64,000 nucleotides of DNA from an uncultured Cellvibrionales bacterium (lineage in GTDB: Bacteria; Pseudomonadota; Gammaproteobacteria; Pseudomonadales; CAWVSB01): assembly GCA_963933215.1 (NCBI GenBank), contig CAWVSB010000010.1, positions 32,256-96,255 on the forward strand. Direction: 5' to 3'. Shown here piece after piece: positions 10,175 through 20,038 of this stretch; position 1 is the first letter of the stretch; each line of letters starts with the position of its first letter. Position numbers and translations under genes: made by a program. The notes below the pieces were generated by a model. That model had not been told where the DNA came from and made no database searches. It saw only the letters and a list, made by a program, of their open reading frames with translations.

Positions 10175-11149
10175 CTATCTATTTTTCTTTTTTTTAGTCG
10201 CATAAAGCTTAGCATCTGTTTTATTTGGACGAGTCTTAAAACGTCTATGCACCCACAAATATTGTTCCGGCGCCACCCGCACTGCTTGCTCTATAACACG
10301 GTTAAGCACAGTTGCATTATTAACATCATCATCATTGAATTGATCTTCAAATGGGTCAGTTATCCGAATCAGGTAACGAGTATCTTTACCTTTGCCTATT
10401 CGGTAATGACTAAAATAGAGCGGCTTTGCCTTAGTAAGTTTTAGCAATGTGCCAATGGTTGAAAGGGTTGCAGTTTGATGACCAAAAAATGGCACGAAAA
10501 CCGAATTCTTGCGGCCAAAATCTTGGTCAGTTGCATACCACATAGCGCGCCCAGACTTAACCAATTTGATCAGCCTGCGCATTTGTTTCTTTTCTACCAT
10601 ATTGGTAAAACGTTTTAGCCGATATTTTAATATACAGTAGTCAAATACTGGGTTTTTTTGCTTTTGGTAAGAGCTATCTACGTCTACTTTTAGCCGCAGT
10701 AGGCGCCCCGCAAGATCCAATGTTGTAAAGTGTGAGCCAATTAATAATACCCCCTGGCCTTGGGCTTTAGCAGCTTCGATTAACTCTACGCCTTCATAAT
10801 CAGTGCGCCGGCGCAGTTCGTCATCGCTTGCCCACCAACTGTATACAGTTTCTAGCATACCCAAATAAGTAGAGATGATTATGTCGGTAACAAGCTGCTG
10901 TTGCTGCTCACTGGACCGTTCAGGAAAGCACAGACGAACATTAACCTCTGCAATATGCCGCCGGCGCCTGAGTAATGCTGAATTGGCGCTGATACGCCCC
11001 AGCCACTGACCAAATATAAGTAAAGTGCTCAGCGGCAATAAGCACAAGCAGCGGGTAAACAGTATACCCAGCCATGATATCCAATAGCGTGGATGATAAA
11101 GAGCTTTATTCACGATGGTAAGGCTTATCCTTAAGAAGAGTGAGACCAA
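10175..11149 (-). CDS. lpxL: Lipid A lauroyl/myristoyl acyltransferase (LpxL/HtrB family)
   Basis: HFTTLD (HxxxxD/E), YATDQDFG, VFVPFFG, PEQYLWVHRRFKTRP. True start may be GTG at 11113. Confidence 0.85.
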   Translation of the reverse strand: MVSLFLRISLTIVNKALYHPRYWISWLGILFTRCLCLLPLSTLLIFGQWLGRISANSALLRRRRHIAEVNVRLCFPERSSEQQQQLVTDIIISTYLGMLETVYSWWASDDELRRRTDYEGVELIEAAKAQGQGVLLIGSHFTTLDLAGRLLRLKVDVDSSYQKQKNPVFDYCILKYRLKRFTNMVEKKQMRRLIKLVKSGRAMWYATDQDFGRKNSVFVPFFGHQTATLSTIGTLLKLTKAKPLYFSHYRIGKGKDTRYLIRITDPFEDQFNDDDVNNATVLNRVIEQAVRVAPEQYLWVHRRFKTRPNKTDAKLYATKKKKNR

Positions 11150-11283
11150 TTCTACACCGATAATTAACCAGTCTGTTCATTATCTGACGGCGACCGATAG
11201 ATTAGTAATATTAGGGGCTTAATGGCTATCTGGACTTTGAAGATAAAGATTAAGCCGCGCTTTATCACTTAGCATCATCACTG

Positions 11284-11322
11284 CGAACCAAAACGGTGCA
11301 GTGCTTGCGCACTACTTGTGCA
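11284..11322 (+). promoter_or_regulatory. Tandem NtrC-like enhancer boxes
   Basis: CGAACCAAAACGGTGCA (11284-11300) and TGCGCACTACTTGTGCA (11306-11322) resemble TGCAC-N7-GTGCA. They are spaced 22 bp and lie about 75-110 bp upstream of a sigma54 site. Confidence 0.6.
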
Positions 11323-11393
11323 ATTGGCTAAAAACTACCAATTAAAAACCTTTAAAACGTTACTAAAGTACACATGTTACCAAACTAAATAAT

Positions 11394-11409
11394 CGGCATG
11401 CTACTTGCA
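11394..11409 (+). promoter_or_regulatory. Sigma54 (-24/-12) promoter of the AP2-domain gene
   Basis: CGGCATG-CTAC-TTGCA fits TGGCACG-N4-TTGCW. Confidence 0.7.
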
Positions 11410-11491
11410 TTACAGTTACTAAGAGATGCTATTTAAAGGCTAATACTAAATAGCGATCACGCAAGCAACTGGTTAAATTAAGGTATCGACA

Positions 11492-12046
11492 ATGACCACG
11501 ACCAAAGACAACCCAACCCAAATGTATGGGATCACCAGAATTGATAATGAAAAGTATCGTACCCACGCATGGCGAGTAAGCTTGTCGCGTCACAAAAAAA
11601 TGCATGTTAAAAATTTCTCAGATAAGAAATGTGGCACTAAAGACATCGCCTTGCAACAGGCCATACAACATCGCGACGAGTTGGTTAGGACCTATCCTCC
11701 TATAAGTCGCAAAGAAATTTGCAAGCTTAAACGATCAAACAATAAAACAGGCATTACTGGCGTCTACCAATATGCAAAGCCCTACACACTGAGTGACGGA
11801 GAAATTCGTGAAAACTGGTATTGGGAGGCGAGCTGGCCTGATGTTGAAGGGGAAAGCGTGGCCAAAGCATTTTCAGTTAAAAAATACGGCGATGAACTCG
11901 CTAAACAGATGGCGATACGTGCCAGGAATAATGGGTTAAAGAATGTTGAGGGTGTGTTTTGGGTATCTAAGCGTGGTGAGTTGGAGACTGATAGCTTTTC
12001 ACAACTATTTGCATCCATAAAGTCGGTTATTAATCGGGTGGCTTAA
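11492..12046 (+). CDS. Stand-alone protein with two AP2-like DNA-binding domains
   Basis: Repeat 1: YGITRID...AWRVSL...KNFSDKKCG...ALQQAIQHRD. Repeat 2: NNKTGITGVY...YWEASW...KAFSVKKYGDELAKQMAIRAR. No HNH or integrase domain. Confidence 0.75.
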   Translation: MTTTKDNPTQMYGITRIDNEKYRTHAWRVSLSRHKKMHVKNFSDKKCGTKDIALQQAIQHRDELVRTYPPISRKEICKLKRSNNKTGITGVYQYAKPYTLSDGEIRENWYWEASWPDVEGESVAKAFSVKKYGDELAKQMAIRARNNGLKNVEGVFWVSKRGELETDSFSQLFASIKSVINRVA

Positions 12047-12264
12047 CCACCTCGCACTGCCACTATAGCGTCTTGATTTTGGCTATCTAGCAAAAAATCC
12101 ATAGGGTTTAGCCGTTCAGCGTAAGAGTTAGTTATCATCAATTTTGTCAGCACAGCGTTTAACTGAGTATTTAACACACCGATCTCAGTCAAAGCCGGCG
12201 ACGCGGTGACTTCAGCAATCGCTGCAGTCACCGCGTCGTTAGCAATTTTTAACTCGCCTGCCAT
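12043..12264 (-). CDS. Small hypothetical protein (73 aa)
   Basis: ATG preceded by GAGGG; helical-looking sequence; stop overlaps the AP2 gene stop. Confidence 0.5.
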   Translation of the reverse strand: MAGELKIANDAVTAAIAEVTASPALTEIGVLNTQLNAVLTKLMITNSYAERLNPMDFLLDSQNQDAIVAVRGG

Positions 12265-12414
12265 ACAACCCTCTGGTCACCTTTATTCAAGCTATAAGCT
12301 TAACTATTAAGAACACATTGGCATTGACATAAATCATCAGTACAACAAAAGCTAGTAGGTAGACCGTTTGAACAGCTAGCTTTGCGCTACAGCCACAAAC
12401 TCTGCCAAAGTATT

Positions 12415-12831
12415 TTAACTTGGATCGTTGCCAGCGCAGCAGATTAATAACTGGCGCTCTAAGCCTGCCTCACGGTGAACGTGTGCAGCTTGATATTCTG
12501 GCGAGCTGATCATATTGAGAAACGCTTGCCGACTGGGGTACTGCATAATGGCTATAATATCGAAGTCGGTCGAGGCGCTATCGCCAATTACGCCTTGGGC
12601 TACGCCTTCTGAGAACACTAATTTAGCCCCCGCAGCCGCTAGAATACCTTCTTTGTGCAAGGCAACTGAATACCTAATATAGGCTTGCATACCATTGTCA
12701 CAGCCACCGTCGCTACCGTCAGCGTATTCTGCTTTTTTCTTAAACTTAAGCATATTTAACATTCGTATCGACCCTTCTGCAGGGCCTTTCATTAGTGCAT
12801 CTATTTGTTCTTGGGTTGAATCAGTTGCCAT
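12415..12831 (-). CDS. DUF1330-like (dimeric alpha-beta barrel) protein
   Basis: MLNMLKFK..A.Y, AYIRY, QYPSRQAFLNMISSPEYQAAHVHREAGL. Confidence 0.75.
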   Translation of the reverse strand: MATDSTQEQIDALMKGPAEGSIRMLNMLKFKKKAEYADGSDGGCDNGMQAYIRYSVALHKEGILAAAGAKLVFSEGVAQGVIGDSASTDFDIIAIMQYPSRQAFLNMISSPEYQAAHVHREAGLERQLLICCAGNDPS

Positions 12832-13065
12832 GATTATTCCTTATAAAATTATTGTTAGCGTTGGATTTTAGCCAAAATCGCTATCTACTCTGCCGCCTGC
12901 GCTATCTACCTCTAATCATTAAATAATGACGATGTAAACTGTGTATAGCTTTCTCTATACCAGCTATTGCTCATCACTAAGCCTCGGCTATACATATTTT
13001 TTTGAGTCATACCGAGTATGGATAAAATTTGAAATGTATTAGTTAATGCTAGCTCTAAGTTCGCC

Positions 13066-13794
13066 CTAACTTAATGCTACATTTTCAGGCAACACGCCGC
13101 TAGGTACAGTTAATTCATCAACCCGGCTTCGCCACTGACTAAGTCGCGTAAATCTTTCCATTAGCGCGCGCCCTTCTTGTGCTCGGGCCATTACCGTACA
13201 CATACTGGCAACGCTGATATCGGCGATACTTAACTCATTGCCGACTAACCAACGACTGCTTAGTAGCAAATTCTCCAGCGCATTAAAATGGCTCTCGACA
13301 TCCTCTAGCACTTGCTTTTTAGATTTACGGCCAATACCTTGAGTTGCCGTGGTTTTGCGCAAGGCCTTGCCTACTATAGGGCGAATTAATCGGCCAAATA
13401 AGCCTGGATTTTCGATCAACAAGTCGTCTTCTAGTAAGCTAATATTATTATCCCAGCAACGCATAGTGACATCGTAAAAGTACAAACTCTCGTCAGCCCA
13501 ATCTTCTATAATATGAGCATGCGCTTGCTGCACAGGGTCTGCTGGAAGCAGGGGTTTATCAGGCGTGAGCTCGTCCAGATACGCAGTGATTTTAGAACTG
13601 TCAGCGATAAATACACCTTTATGCTCTAACACTGGCAACTTACCAATGGGACTTAGTTTTCGCACTTTACTAATATCTAATAGCGCATAATTTACCACTT
13701 CAAAAGTTAGAAACTTGTAATACAACACCCGCCGAATTTTTGCGCAAAACGGTGATGCTTGGTATTGATGCAGCGTTATTGTGTCAGTAGCCAT
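13066..13794 (-). CDS. Glutathione S-transferase family protein
   Basis: SPFCAKIRRVL, GKLPVL, DSSKI, EDWADE, SIADI. Confidence 0.85.
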   Translation of the reverse strand: MATDTITLHQYQASPFCAKIRRVLYYKFLTFEVVNYALLDISKVRKLSPIGKLPVLEHKGVFIADSSKITAYLDELTPDKPLLPADPVQQAHAHIIEDWADESLYFYDVTMRCWDNNISLLEDDLLIENPGLFGRLIRPIVGKALRKTTATQGIGRKSKKQVLEDVESHFNALENLLLSSRWLVGNELSIADISVASMCTVMARAQEGRALMERFTRLSQWRSRVDELTVPSGVLPENVALS

Positions 13795-13968
13795 GATTTT
13801 TTCTCAAAAGTCCGATAACCATTAAGCTACAGTAGCAGCGTGTTTATACCTAGCAAGCTATTATCCTCCTTTGCTAGACATATTATTTGATAATACCCAT
13901 CACTTAACTAGCTAGATTTAGTAAATACACTAAGATACCTCAAATAAGTAAAGTGCGAGAAGTTAACT

Positions 13969-14421
13969 ATGGCGATCAAATCGATACCCGCTGAACAAGA
14001 GATAAGCGCATTGGCCGGGCATCAGTTTACTGGTGGCGACTATACAATAGCCCCTTGGGAAAACTTTTTGCTGACCGATTGTACCGGTGCACAGCTGCTG
14101 CCAAATGGACTAGCCCATCCGGTCGCATTATTTCATATACCGATTGTTGGCGCGGGCACTTCAATCGCTGAAATGTTCGAATTGGGGCAAGCTGAGTCTG
14201 ATCTTTCGATAATAATAGAAAGCTATGACTGGGAAATATTTACTAGCCTAAAAGAACAAACTACCTATCAAGTTAGCGGGAAAATCACTTCAGCTGAGCG
14301 TTGTAAAAATGACCAAAGTCAAACCTATGATCGCATTCAATTCTGTTTTGAACTATGTAATAACCAACGGTTAACTGCGCGCACTACTATCACTTGGCAC
14401 TACACAAGGAACATATTGTGA
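13969..14421 (+). CDS. Hypothetical protein, probable hotdog-fold partner of the MaoC protein
   Basis: Coupled to the downstream gene by a GTGA overlap; LAHPV and beta-rich C-terminus resemble MaoC N-type subunits. Confidence 0.5.
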   Translation: MAIKSIPAEQEISALAGHQFTGGDYTIAPWENFLLTDCTGAQLLPNGLAHPVALFHIPIVGAGTSIAEMFELGQAESDLSIIIESYDWEIFTSLKEQTTYQVSGKITSAERCKNDQSQTYDRIQFCFELCNNQRLTARTTITWHYTRNIL

Positions 14422-14825
14422 ACTTAACACCAGGCGACAAAATACCAGCATGGATAATGCCAAACGTAAGCAGTGAGCGGATGAAGACTATGGCAGCAAT
14501 TCTGCGTGACCCTAACCCGCTGCACTGGGACAGAGACGCTGTTGCCTCTCTGCCGCTAGGTCTAGGACAGCGCACTATAAATCAAGGACCATTAGGGTTA
14601 AGTTATATGGTTAATATGTTGCATGCGTGGCGTGGCCCAGAGTGCATACGACGCCTTGTGATGCGCTTCCCGCAAGTGGTGTTAGACGGTGAAGAAGTGA
14701 TTGCCAATGGCATCGTCACTGCAGTAACCATAGATGATGGTGTAGCAATAGCCGAGTGTGATATTTGGTTATCGCATGCCGACCGCGGCACCTTGCTAGA
14801 AGGCAGCGCACTGGTTGTAATTTAA
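14418..14825 (+). CDS. MaoC family (R)-hydratase/dehydratase
   Basis: Hydratase motif DPNPLHWD and INQG. GTG start at 14418 with AAGGA RBS. Confidence 0.8.
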   Translation: MNLTPGDKIPAWIMPNVSSERMKTMAAILRDPNPLHWDRDAVASLPLGLGQRTINQGPLGLSYMVNMLHAWRGPECIRRLVMRFPQVVLDGEEVIANGIVTAVTIDDGVAIAECDIWLSHADRGTLLEGSALVVI

Positions 14826-15034
14826 TTTTTTCAACCCAATCAGCGCGTCTAATTTGAGCCATACTCTGATTGCAGTATCTCGAACACAGACTGCTATCTA
14901 GTTAAAAAATTTAACGCAATAGATCAGCGCCTTAAAGCTATTCAAGCACTGCGGTCAGATCCCAGTCTTGATGTGCTTGCTGTCCTCAAGCCGCCAATAT
15001 CGCGACTAGTTTCCAGCGCTATCACTACGACACT

Positions 15035-16057
15035 TTACTGTGTTTTGGCCAAAAGATTTGCGGCGGCGTTGAAAATTATTTGAGTCTCTGCCGGTAATCG
15101 ACCTGGCCCTCCTGCAATATGGCCAAAATCAGACTGCAGTATTTGACAGTCGAGCCCTAGATCATTTGCGTCTTGACGGGCATCAGCCGCAGTAAAATAT
15201 AAATCACTGCTCGACGGCATCATCATACCGGGGCAGGCTAATTGCTGCACTACCCGCCCACTGCGTTGGTTAGACCCTATGATGTTGCTATCCTGCCACG
15301 TTCGTAACTGCAGGAGCAGATCGTTAGCGTCCTGCTCTAGGTGATCCTGAACCCAGAATTCCAATAGCTGATCAATAGACTCAAAGCCTAACTCACGATA
15401 CCTGCCATCTCGATAAAAAGGCTGACTATAAGCCCAACCCGCATAAACCTTGGCAAAGGCGGTCAAACCTCGCTTTGGTGGAGCTAAATAGTGGCCATCG
15501 GCAAAATCAGCATCTGCGCTCAGCGCGCTCGCCACACCTTCAAGAAACACTTGATTGTGAGGGTAGCATTTTGCGGTCGCACAAATTGCCAACACACTGC
15601 CAACATGGCCAGGGTATTGATGGGCCCACTGAATTGCCTGCATGCCGCCCATGGACCAGCCCATCACCATGCGAGGCTTGGCATCGAGGAAGCTTACCGC
15701 AAGCAGTTGCCGCTGCGCGCAGACGTTGTCGCCCAGGCTGATCTCAGGGAAATTTGGCCCTGCTTGGGAGCCACTGGTATTGCTGGGTGAACTGGACTCT
15801 CCGGCGCCGAATAAGCAGGGGATGATCAGGCAAAAGTCCTGCCCATAAAAGGGACTCGATGGATCATCCACCCAAGGCTTATTACTAATGCCCTTACCAC
15901 CGTAATAAGTAGGCATGATAATCAGGTTATTTTTTAGTGCGTTAAGCGCACCGAGTTGGTGATAGCAGAGTTTTCCGGTTAGCAGAACTTCGCCACTTGC
16001 CAGTGTAAAGTCGCCTAATTCAAACTCATACTGTTCCCATTCTTGTATATTTTTCAA
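15035..16057 (-). CDS. Alpha/beta hydrolase, homoserine O-acetyltransferase (MetX)-like
   Basis: GDFTLASG, SSSPSN, nucleophile GWSMGGMQA, SDLYF (Asp), FGHIAG (His). TTG start. Confidence 0.8.
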   Translation of the reverse strand: MKNIQEWEQYEFELGDFTLASGEVLLTGKLCYHQLGALNALKNNLIIMPTYYGGKGISNKPWVDDPSSPFYGQDFCLIIPCLFGAGESSSPSNTSGSQAGPNFPEISLGDNVCAQRQLLAVSFLDAKPRMVMGWSMGGMQAIQWAHQYPGHVGSVLAICATAKCYPHNQVFLEGVASALSADADFADGHYLAPPKRGLTAFAKVYAGWAYSQPFYRDGRYRELGFESIDQLLEFWVQDHLEQDANDLLLQLRTWQDSNIIGSNQRSGRVVQQLACPGMMMPSSSDLYFTAADARQDANDLGLDCQILQSDFGHIAGGPGRLPAETQIIFNAAANLLAKTQ

Positions 16058-16092
16058 TGGCTTACCCTCTTTTAACTAACCGATCTAATTAA

Positions 16093-16118
16093 ACATACAA
16101 ATTGGCATGTTTCTTGAA
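16093..16118 (+). promoter_or_regulatory. Sigma54-like promoter of glnT with adjoining ACATACA motif
   Basis: ACATACAAAT-TGGCATG-TTTC-TTGAA; the -12 element reads GA instead of GC. The same upstream motif occurs at the 22.78 kb promoter. Confidence 0.55.
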
Positions 16119-16161
16119 TACTATTAATACAGCAAGAATCATTCCCACTTAAGGAAATCAC

Positions 16162-17514
16162 ATGAAAATTGATCAGTTACAACAACAGTGCCGAGACAAG
16201 GGCATCAAATATGGCATCGCCAGCTATGTGGATGTTCATGGAGCGAGCAAAGGAAAATTTGTGCCGGTCAACCATTTCAAGCAGATGTTTGCTGGTTCTG
16301 AACTGTTTACCGGAGCGGCTCTGGATGGTGTTCCCCAAGATATATCCGATGACGAAGTCGCCGCTATGCCCGATATGGCCTCGATGCAACAATGCCAGTG
16401 GAATCCTGAGTTAGCCTGGTTTGCAAGCGATCTTTACCTGAACGGCAAACCATTTGAAGCCTGCTCTAGAAATATACTCAAGCGCCAATTGGCTAAAGCA
16501 GCATCAATGGGCTACAAATTTAACTTAGGCATAGAAACCGAATTCTTTATTTTGCGACAACTACCAGACGGTAAGGTTGTGCCTTTCAGCAGCCGAGATA
16601 CCCAGGAAAAGCCCTGCTACGATGTGCCCACAATGATGGACAATATTGCCATTATTGATGAATTGGTACAGGCACTTGATGATATGGGCTGGGGTGTTTA
16701 CTCATTTGATCACGAAGACGCCAACGGCCAGTTCGAAATCGACTTTAACTTCAGTGATGCTCTCACCATGGCAGATCGGATTATCTATTTTCGGATGCTG
16801 GCCAATGAAATAGCGCGCAAGCATGGCGCATTCGCAAGCTTCATGCCAAAACCATTTGCCGACCGCACTGGCAGCGGTGCCCACTTCAATATGTCACTTG
16901 CCAATATCGAAACTGGTCAGAATCTGTTCGCAGTAAAGCCTGAAGACGATCGTTACGACTGCGGAGTGTCTGAGTTAGCCTATCAATTTATTGGTGGTAT
17001 TTTGGGGCACGCTAAACCGATCAGTGCGGTAGTGGCGCCGACGGTAAACAGTTACAAACGCCTAGTGCGACAAGGCAGCATGTCTGGCTCTACTTGGGCC
17101 CCTGTGTTCTGCTGTTACGGCAATAATAACCGAACTAATATGTTGCGTATTCCAAGCGCTGGTGCCCGGGTTGAATGTCGCGCACCCGACATTGCTTGTA
17201 ACCCCTATCTGGGGGCAGCAATGCTGCTGGCCGCTGGACTAGAAGGGATAGAGCAGAGTATCGACCCCGGTCTGCCGCACCGAGAAAACATGTACAACTA
17301 TAGTAGCAAGGAAATTGACGACGCCGGAATCGAGTGTTTACCGAGAAACCTGTCGGAGGCAACTGATGCCATAGCCGGGGATGCGCTGGCCTATAGCGTA
17401 TTGGGGGCAGACATGCACAAAGCTTTTGTCGACTTCAAGCGTGGTGAGTGGGATAGCTATCATAACACTGTATCCGATTGGGAGATGCAGCGTTACCTGC
17501 GTCAGTTTGGCTAG
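16162..17514 (+). CDS. glnT: Type III glutamate--ammonia ligase (GlnT; gamma-glutamyl-amide synthetase family)
   Basis: YVDVHGASKGKFVP, LGIETEFF, DHEDANGQFE, FMPKPF, GSGAHFNMS, PTVNSYKRL, NNRTNMLR, RVECRAPD...NPYL. The SGSTWAP insert is typical of GlnT. Confidence 0.88.
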   Translation: MKIDQLQQQCRDKGIKYGIASYVDVHGASKGKFVPVNHFKQMFAGSELFTGAALDGVPQDISDDEVAAMPDMASMQQCQWNPELAWFASDLYLNGKPFEACSRNILKRQLAKAASMGYKFNLGIETEFFILRQLPDGKVVPFSSRDTQEKPCYDVPTMMDNIAIIDELVQALDDMGWGVYSFDHEDANGQFEIDFNFSDALTMADRIIYFRMLANEIARKHGAFASFMPKPFADRTGSGAHFNMSLANIETGQNLFAVKPEDDRYDCGVSELAYQFIGGILGHAKPISAVVAPTVNSYKRLVRQGSMSGSTWAPVFCCYGNNNRTNMLRIPSAGARVECRAPDIACNPYLGAAMLLAAGLEGIEQSIDPGLPHRENMYNYSSKEIDDAGIECLPRNLSEATDAIAGDALAYSVLGADMHKAFVDFKRGEWDSYHNTVSDWEMQRYLRQFG

Positions 17515-17602
17515 TAAAAACTGGGGCCTGAGATTATCCACGGCGTTGACCTTTGTAGGCGGCATCACTAGACTAATTTTTTTTGCACAAACTGAACTGG
17601 AC

Positions 17603-18214
17603 ATGAGACGAACTAAGGAAGATGCAGCAAAGACTCGTCAGAGTTTGATTGACGCCGCCTTAAATATTTTTGGCCAGCGCGGCTACAGTGGTACAACTCT
17701 GCGCCTTATTGCGCAGGAGGCCGGCTGTTCGCGGGGCCCAATCTATTGGCATTTTGCTAACAAAGAAGAACTGTTCGAGGAGATTCTTGCATACTCTCAG
17801 GCACCACTGGAGCAATTGGTGGCGCAGCAGCAGAACAGCAGCGATCCCGAGGATGCCGCTGATAACTTTTCGCGGCAATGGTTGCGTTTGCTGATAGACG
17901 ATACCTACTTTCGTCAATCCTTCGAGATTTTCTTAAACAAAACCGAGTTCACAGAAGCCTTGTCAAAAACCTTGGAACGGGAGCGAGCACTAACTGCTTC
18001 ATTAATTGTGATGTTTTCATCATGGGTTACGATTTATCGCAAACAAGAGAACGTAACCGCAGCAAGTGCCAGTGATACTGTGGCGCTATCGATGTATGCT
18101 TACTTAATGGGTATTACCCAAAGCTGGTTATTCGACTCAAAAATCACCGACTTAGATAATAATTTGGATTTTTTTGTCGGCGAGTTTCTTCGACTACTAC
18201 GAACACTCAAGTGA
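17603..18214 (+). CDS. TetR/AcrR family transcriptional regulator
   Basis: MRRTKEDAAKTRQSLIDAA...IAQEAGCSRGPIYWHFANK (AcrR/TtgR-like). Start reassigned from 17381 to ATG 17603. Confidence 0.88.
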   Translation: MRRTKEDAAKTRQSLIDAALNIFGQRGYSGTTLRLIAQEAGCSRGPIYWHFANKEELFEEILAYSQAPLEQLVAQQQNSSDPEDAADNFSRQWLRLLIDDTYFRQSFEIFLNKTEFTEALSKTLERERALTASLIVMFSSWVTIYRKQENVTAASASDTVALSMYAYLMGITQSWLFDSKITDLDNNLDFFVGEFLRLLRTLK

Positions 18215-18991
18215 TTGCGAACGCATCATTTTCCTTATATCACGCTCGAGTTGTCGATATTCACTAACGTCAAGAATAGCATCACGATCGGTGCTACTCC
18301 TATCAAAACTGGGTCGGATAGTTTCTATAATGCGGCCAGGGCGTGTGCCCATGAAAAAAACGACATCGCCTAAATAGAGTGCCTCTTCTATGTCGTGTGA
18401 AACCATCAGTACCGTGGTGCGTTCCTTTTTGACGATTTCTAATAACAGGCTTTGCATTTGCCAACGCGTTTCCGGGTCGAGGGCACCAAATGGCTCATCC
18501 ATTAGCAATATGGAGGGGCTGCCTACTAGACTTCTAGCGATAGCAACTCGCTGCTGCATTCCGCCTGATAGCTGATGGGGATAAGCTTTTTCAAAGCCAC
18601 CTAATTTTACTGCTTGGATAAAATGGTCGACAACACCTGCGCGTAAAGTGCGCGATTCATGCCTAGCTTTTAGTCCAAAAGCCACGTTCTCTTCCACGGT
18701 TAACCAGGGAAAAGAACTATAATTTTGAAACACCATGCCGCGATCCACTCCTGGACCATGGATAGATTTGCCGGCGACTGAAATATCGCCCTGCTCCTGA
18801 CTTTCGAGCCCGGCGACTATTCTCAGCAAGGTTGATTTACCGCAACCTGACGGGCCCAGCAACACCCCTACGGAGTTCTGCTCTAGCTCAAAGTTTATAT
18901 TATCCAACGCTTTGAGCGGTTGGCCCGAGCGCAGCATAAAAGTCTTGCCAACGCCCGAGACCACTAGTCCCTGTTTTTGTTGCTCAATCAT
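18197..18991 (-). CDS. ABC transporter ATP-binding protein (NitT/TauT/SsuB type)
   Basis: GPSGCGKST, LSGGMQQR, LLMDEPFGALD, VSHDIEEA. Confidence 0.92.
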   Translation of the reverse strand: MIEQQKQGLVVSGVGKTFMLRSGQPLKALDNINFELEQNSVGVLLGPSGCGKSTLLRIVAGLESQEQGDISVAGKSIHGPGVDRGMVFQNYSSFPWLTVEENVAFGLKARHESRTLRAGVVDHFIQAVKLGGFEKAYPHQLSGGMQQRVAIARSLVGSPSILLMDEPFGALDPETRWQMQSLLLEIVKKERTTVLMVSHDIEEALYLGDVVFFMGTRPGRIIETIRPSFDRSSTDRDAILDVSEYRQLERDIRKMMRSQSLECS

Positions 18992-20013
18992 TTAGTCAGC
19001 GCCGCTGCCAGCGGTGCTGTATCTACGCCAGCAGACATTGGCATTGCCTTGTCAACAAAACCAAATTGCAGCCACCAGTCGGTGGTAACATCCCAATGAG
19101 CCTTCATTCCATCAGCAATAATATTAAGCGGTAGTTTGCCAGGTTTAAGACCCATAAAAATAGCCGCCTGATCGCGATCAAAAATGAATATCCCACCCTT
19201 ATGAATTTCACCAGTACTGCCAAGTACTTGCTCAACATCTGCCACCGAAAACTTTAAACCATCGGCGATAATCTGATTCGCTTCAGCAGTATTTTCTTTC
19301 CAAAAATCAACTGCATTAAAATAAGCGCGGGTCAGCTTTGCCGCATCTTCAGGCCGCTTATCAAGAAATGCCGTACTCATATACATGGCATCGCCAAGCA
19401 TCGCCGTGGTGATGTATTTCTCTTCAGTTGAGTCTGCCGCTACTGTCGAACCTGGCAGAGCCTCAAGCACCTGAGAGCCAAACGGTTCCCAAAATTCAGC
19501 CGCTGCTGCAGTGCCGCCAATCATTGCACCAACAGCGTCGTCCATGATCAAATTAGTAAAGCTAACCTCATCAATTCCTACGCCGTTATCAGCCAACCAC
19601 TCGGCCATAAAGATTTGGGTCAGGCCACCTTCAAGTACTGCCACCGTTTTACCTTTAAGCTGCTGGGCACTGGTTATGCCAGGTGCCAAAATTATTTTGT
19701 CGGTGCCATAAGATGGATTGGTATAGGTTACCAGTTTGATACCCACGTCTTTATCTGCCGCAATCGGCCCGTACTCTGCCGTGCTGGAGGTTGCGTCGAG
19801 ACCGCCGGCAGTCATCATGCCAAAGCTTTGGTAAGGGTCTTCAATAATGCTAATCTCTAGTTCTAAACCCTCAGTAAGGCCTTTTTCTTTGGCGATAAAC
19901 CAAAATCCATAGCCCGGCCATGAGAACAGCGATAGTTTCACGGGTTCCGAACTTTGCGCAGTGGAGCACAGTGCGAGTGCCAGAATGGCAATGCCTAATC
20001 GAATATGATGCAT
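18988..20013 (-). CDS. ABC transporter substrate-binding protein (NitT/TauT family)
   Basis: Signal peptide MHHIRLGIAILALALCSTAQS, SWPGY, SYGTDKI, LKGKTVAV, WEPF. Start at 20013 with GAGGAG RBS. Confidence 0.85.
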   Translation of the reverse strand: MHHIRLGIAILALALCSTAQSSEPVKLSLFSWPGYGFWFIAKEKGLTEGLELEISIIEDPYQSFGMMTAGGLDATSSTAEYGPIAADKDVGIKLVTYTNPSYGTDKIILAPGITSAQQLKGKTVAVLEGGLTQIFMAEWLADNGVGIDEVSFTNLIMDDAVGAMIGGTAAAAEFWEPFGSQVLEALPGSTVAADSTEEKYITTAMLGDAMYMSTAFLDKRPEDAAKLTRAYFNAVDFWKENTAEANQIIADGLKFSVADVEQVLGSTGEIHKGGIFIFDRDQAAIFMGLKPGKLPLNIIADGMKAHWDVTTDWWLQFGFVDKAMPMSAGVDTAPLAAALTK

Positions 20014-20038
20014 GGTGATTCTCCTCGGTTTATGGTTA

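Noticed and set aside
11492..12046. Prophage or homing endonuclease
   Set aside because: No HNH motif, integrase, att-like repeats or phage genes; the neighbours are housekeeping or metabolic genes.
16162..17514. Canonical methylamine (N-methylglutamate) pathway or housekeeping glnA
   Set aside because: No mgsABC/mgdABCD genes in the window, and the sequence is GlnT-type. Activity on methylamine cannot be excluded but is not supported by context.
17381..17602. N-terminal extension of the TetR ORF (similar extensions at 20014-20112, 21869-22012, 37743-37862 and 57619-57684)
   Set aside because: These overlap neighbouring genes or promoters; downstream ATGs give family-typical N-termini, mostly with a clear RBS.
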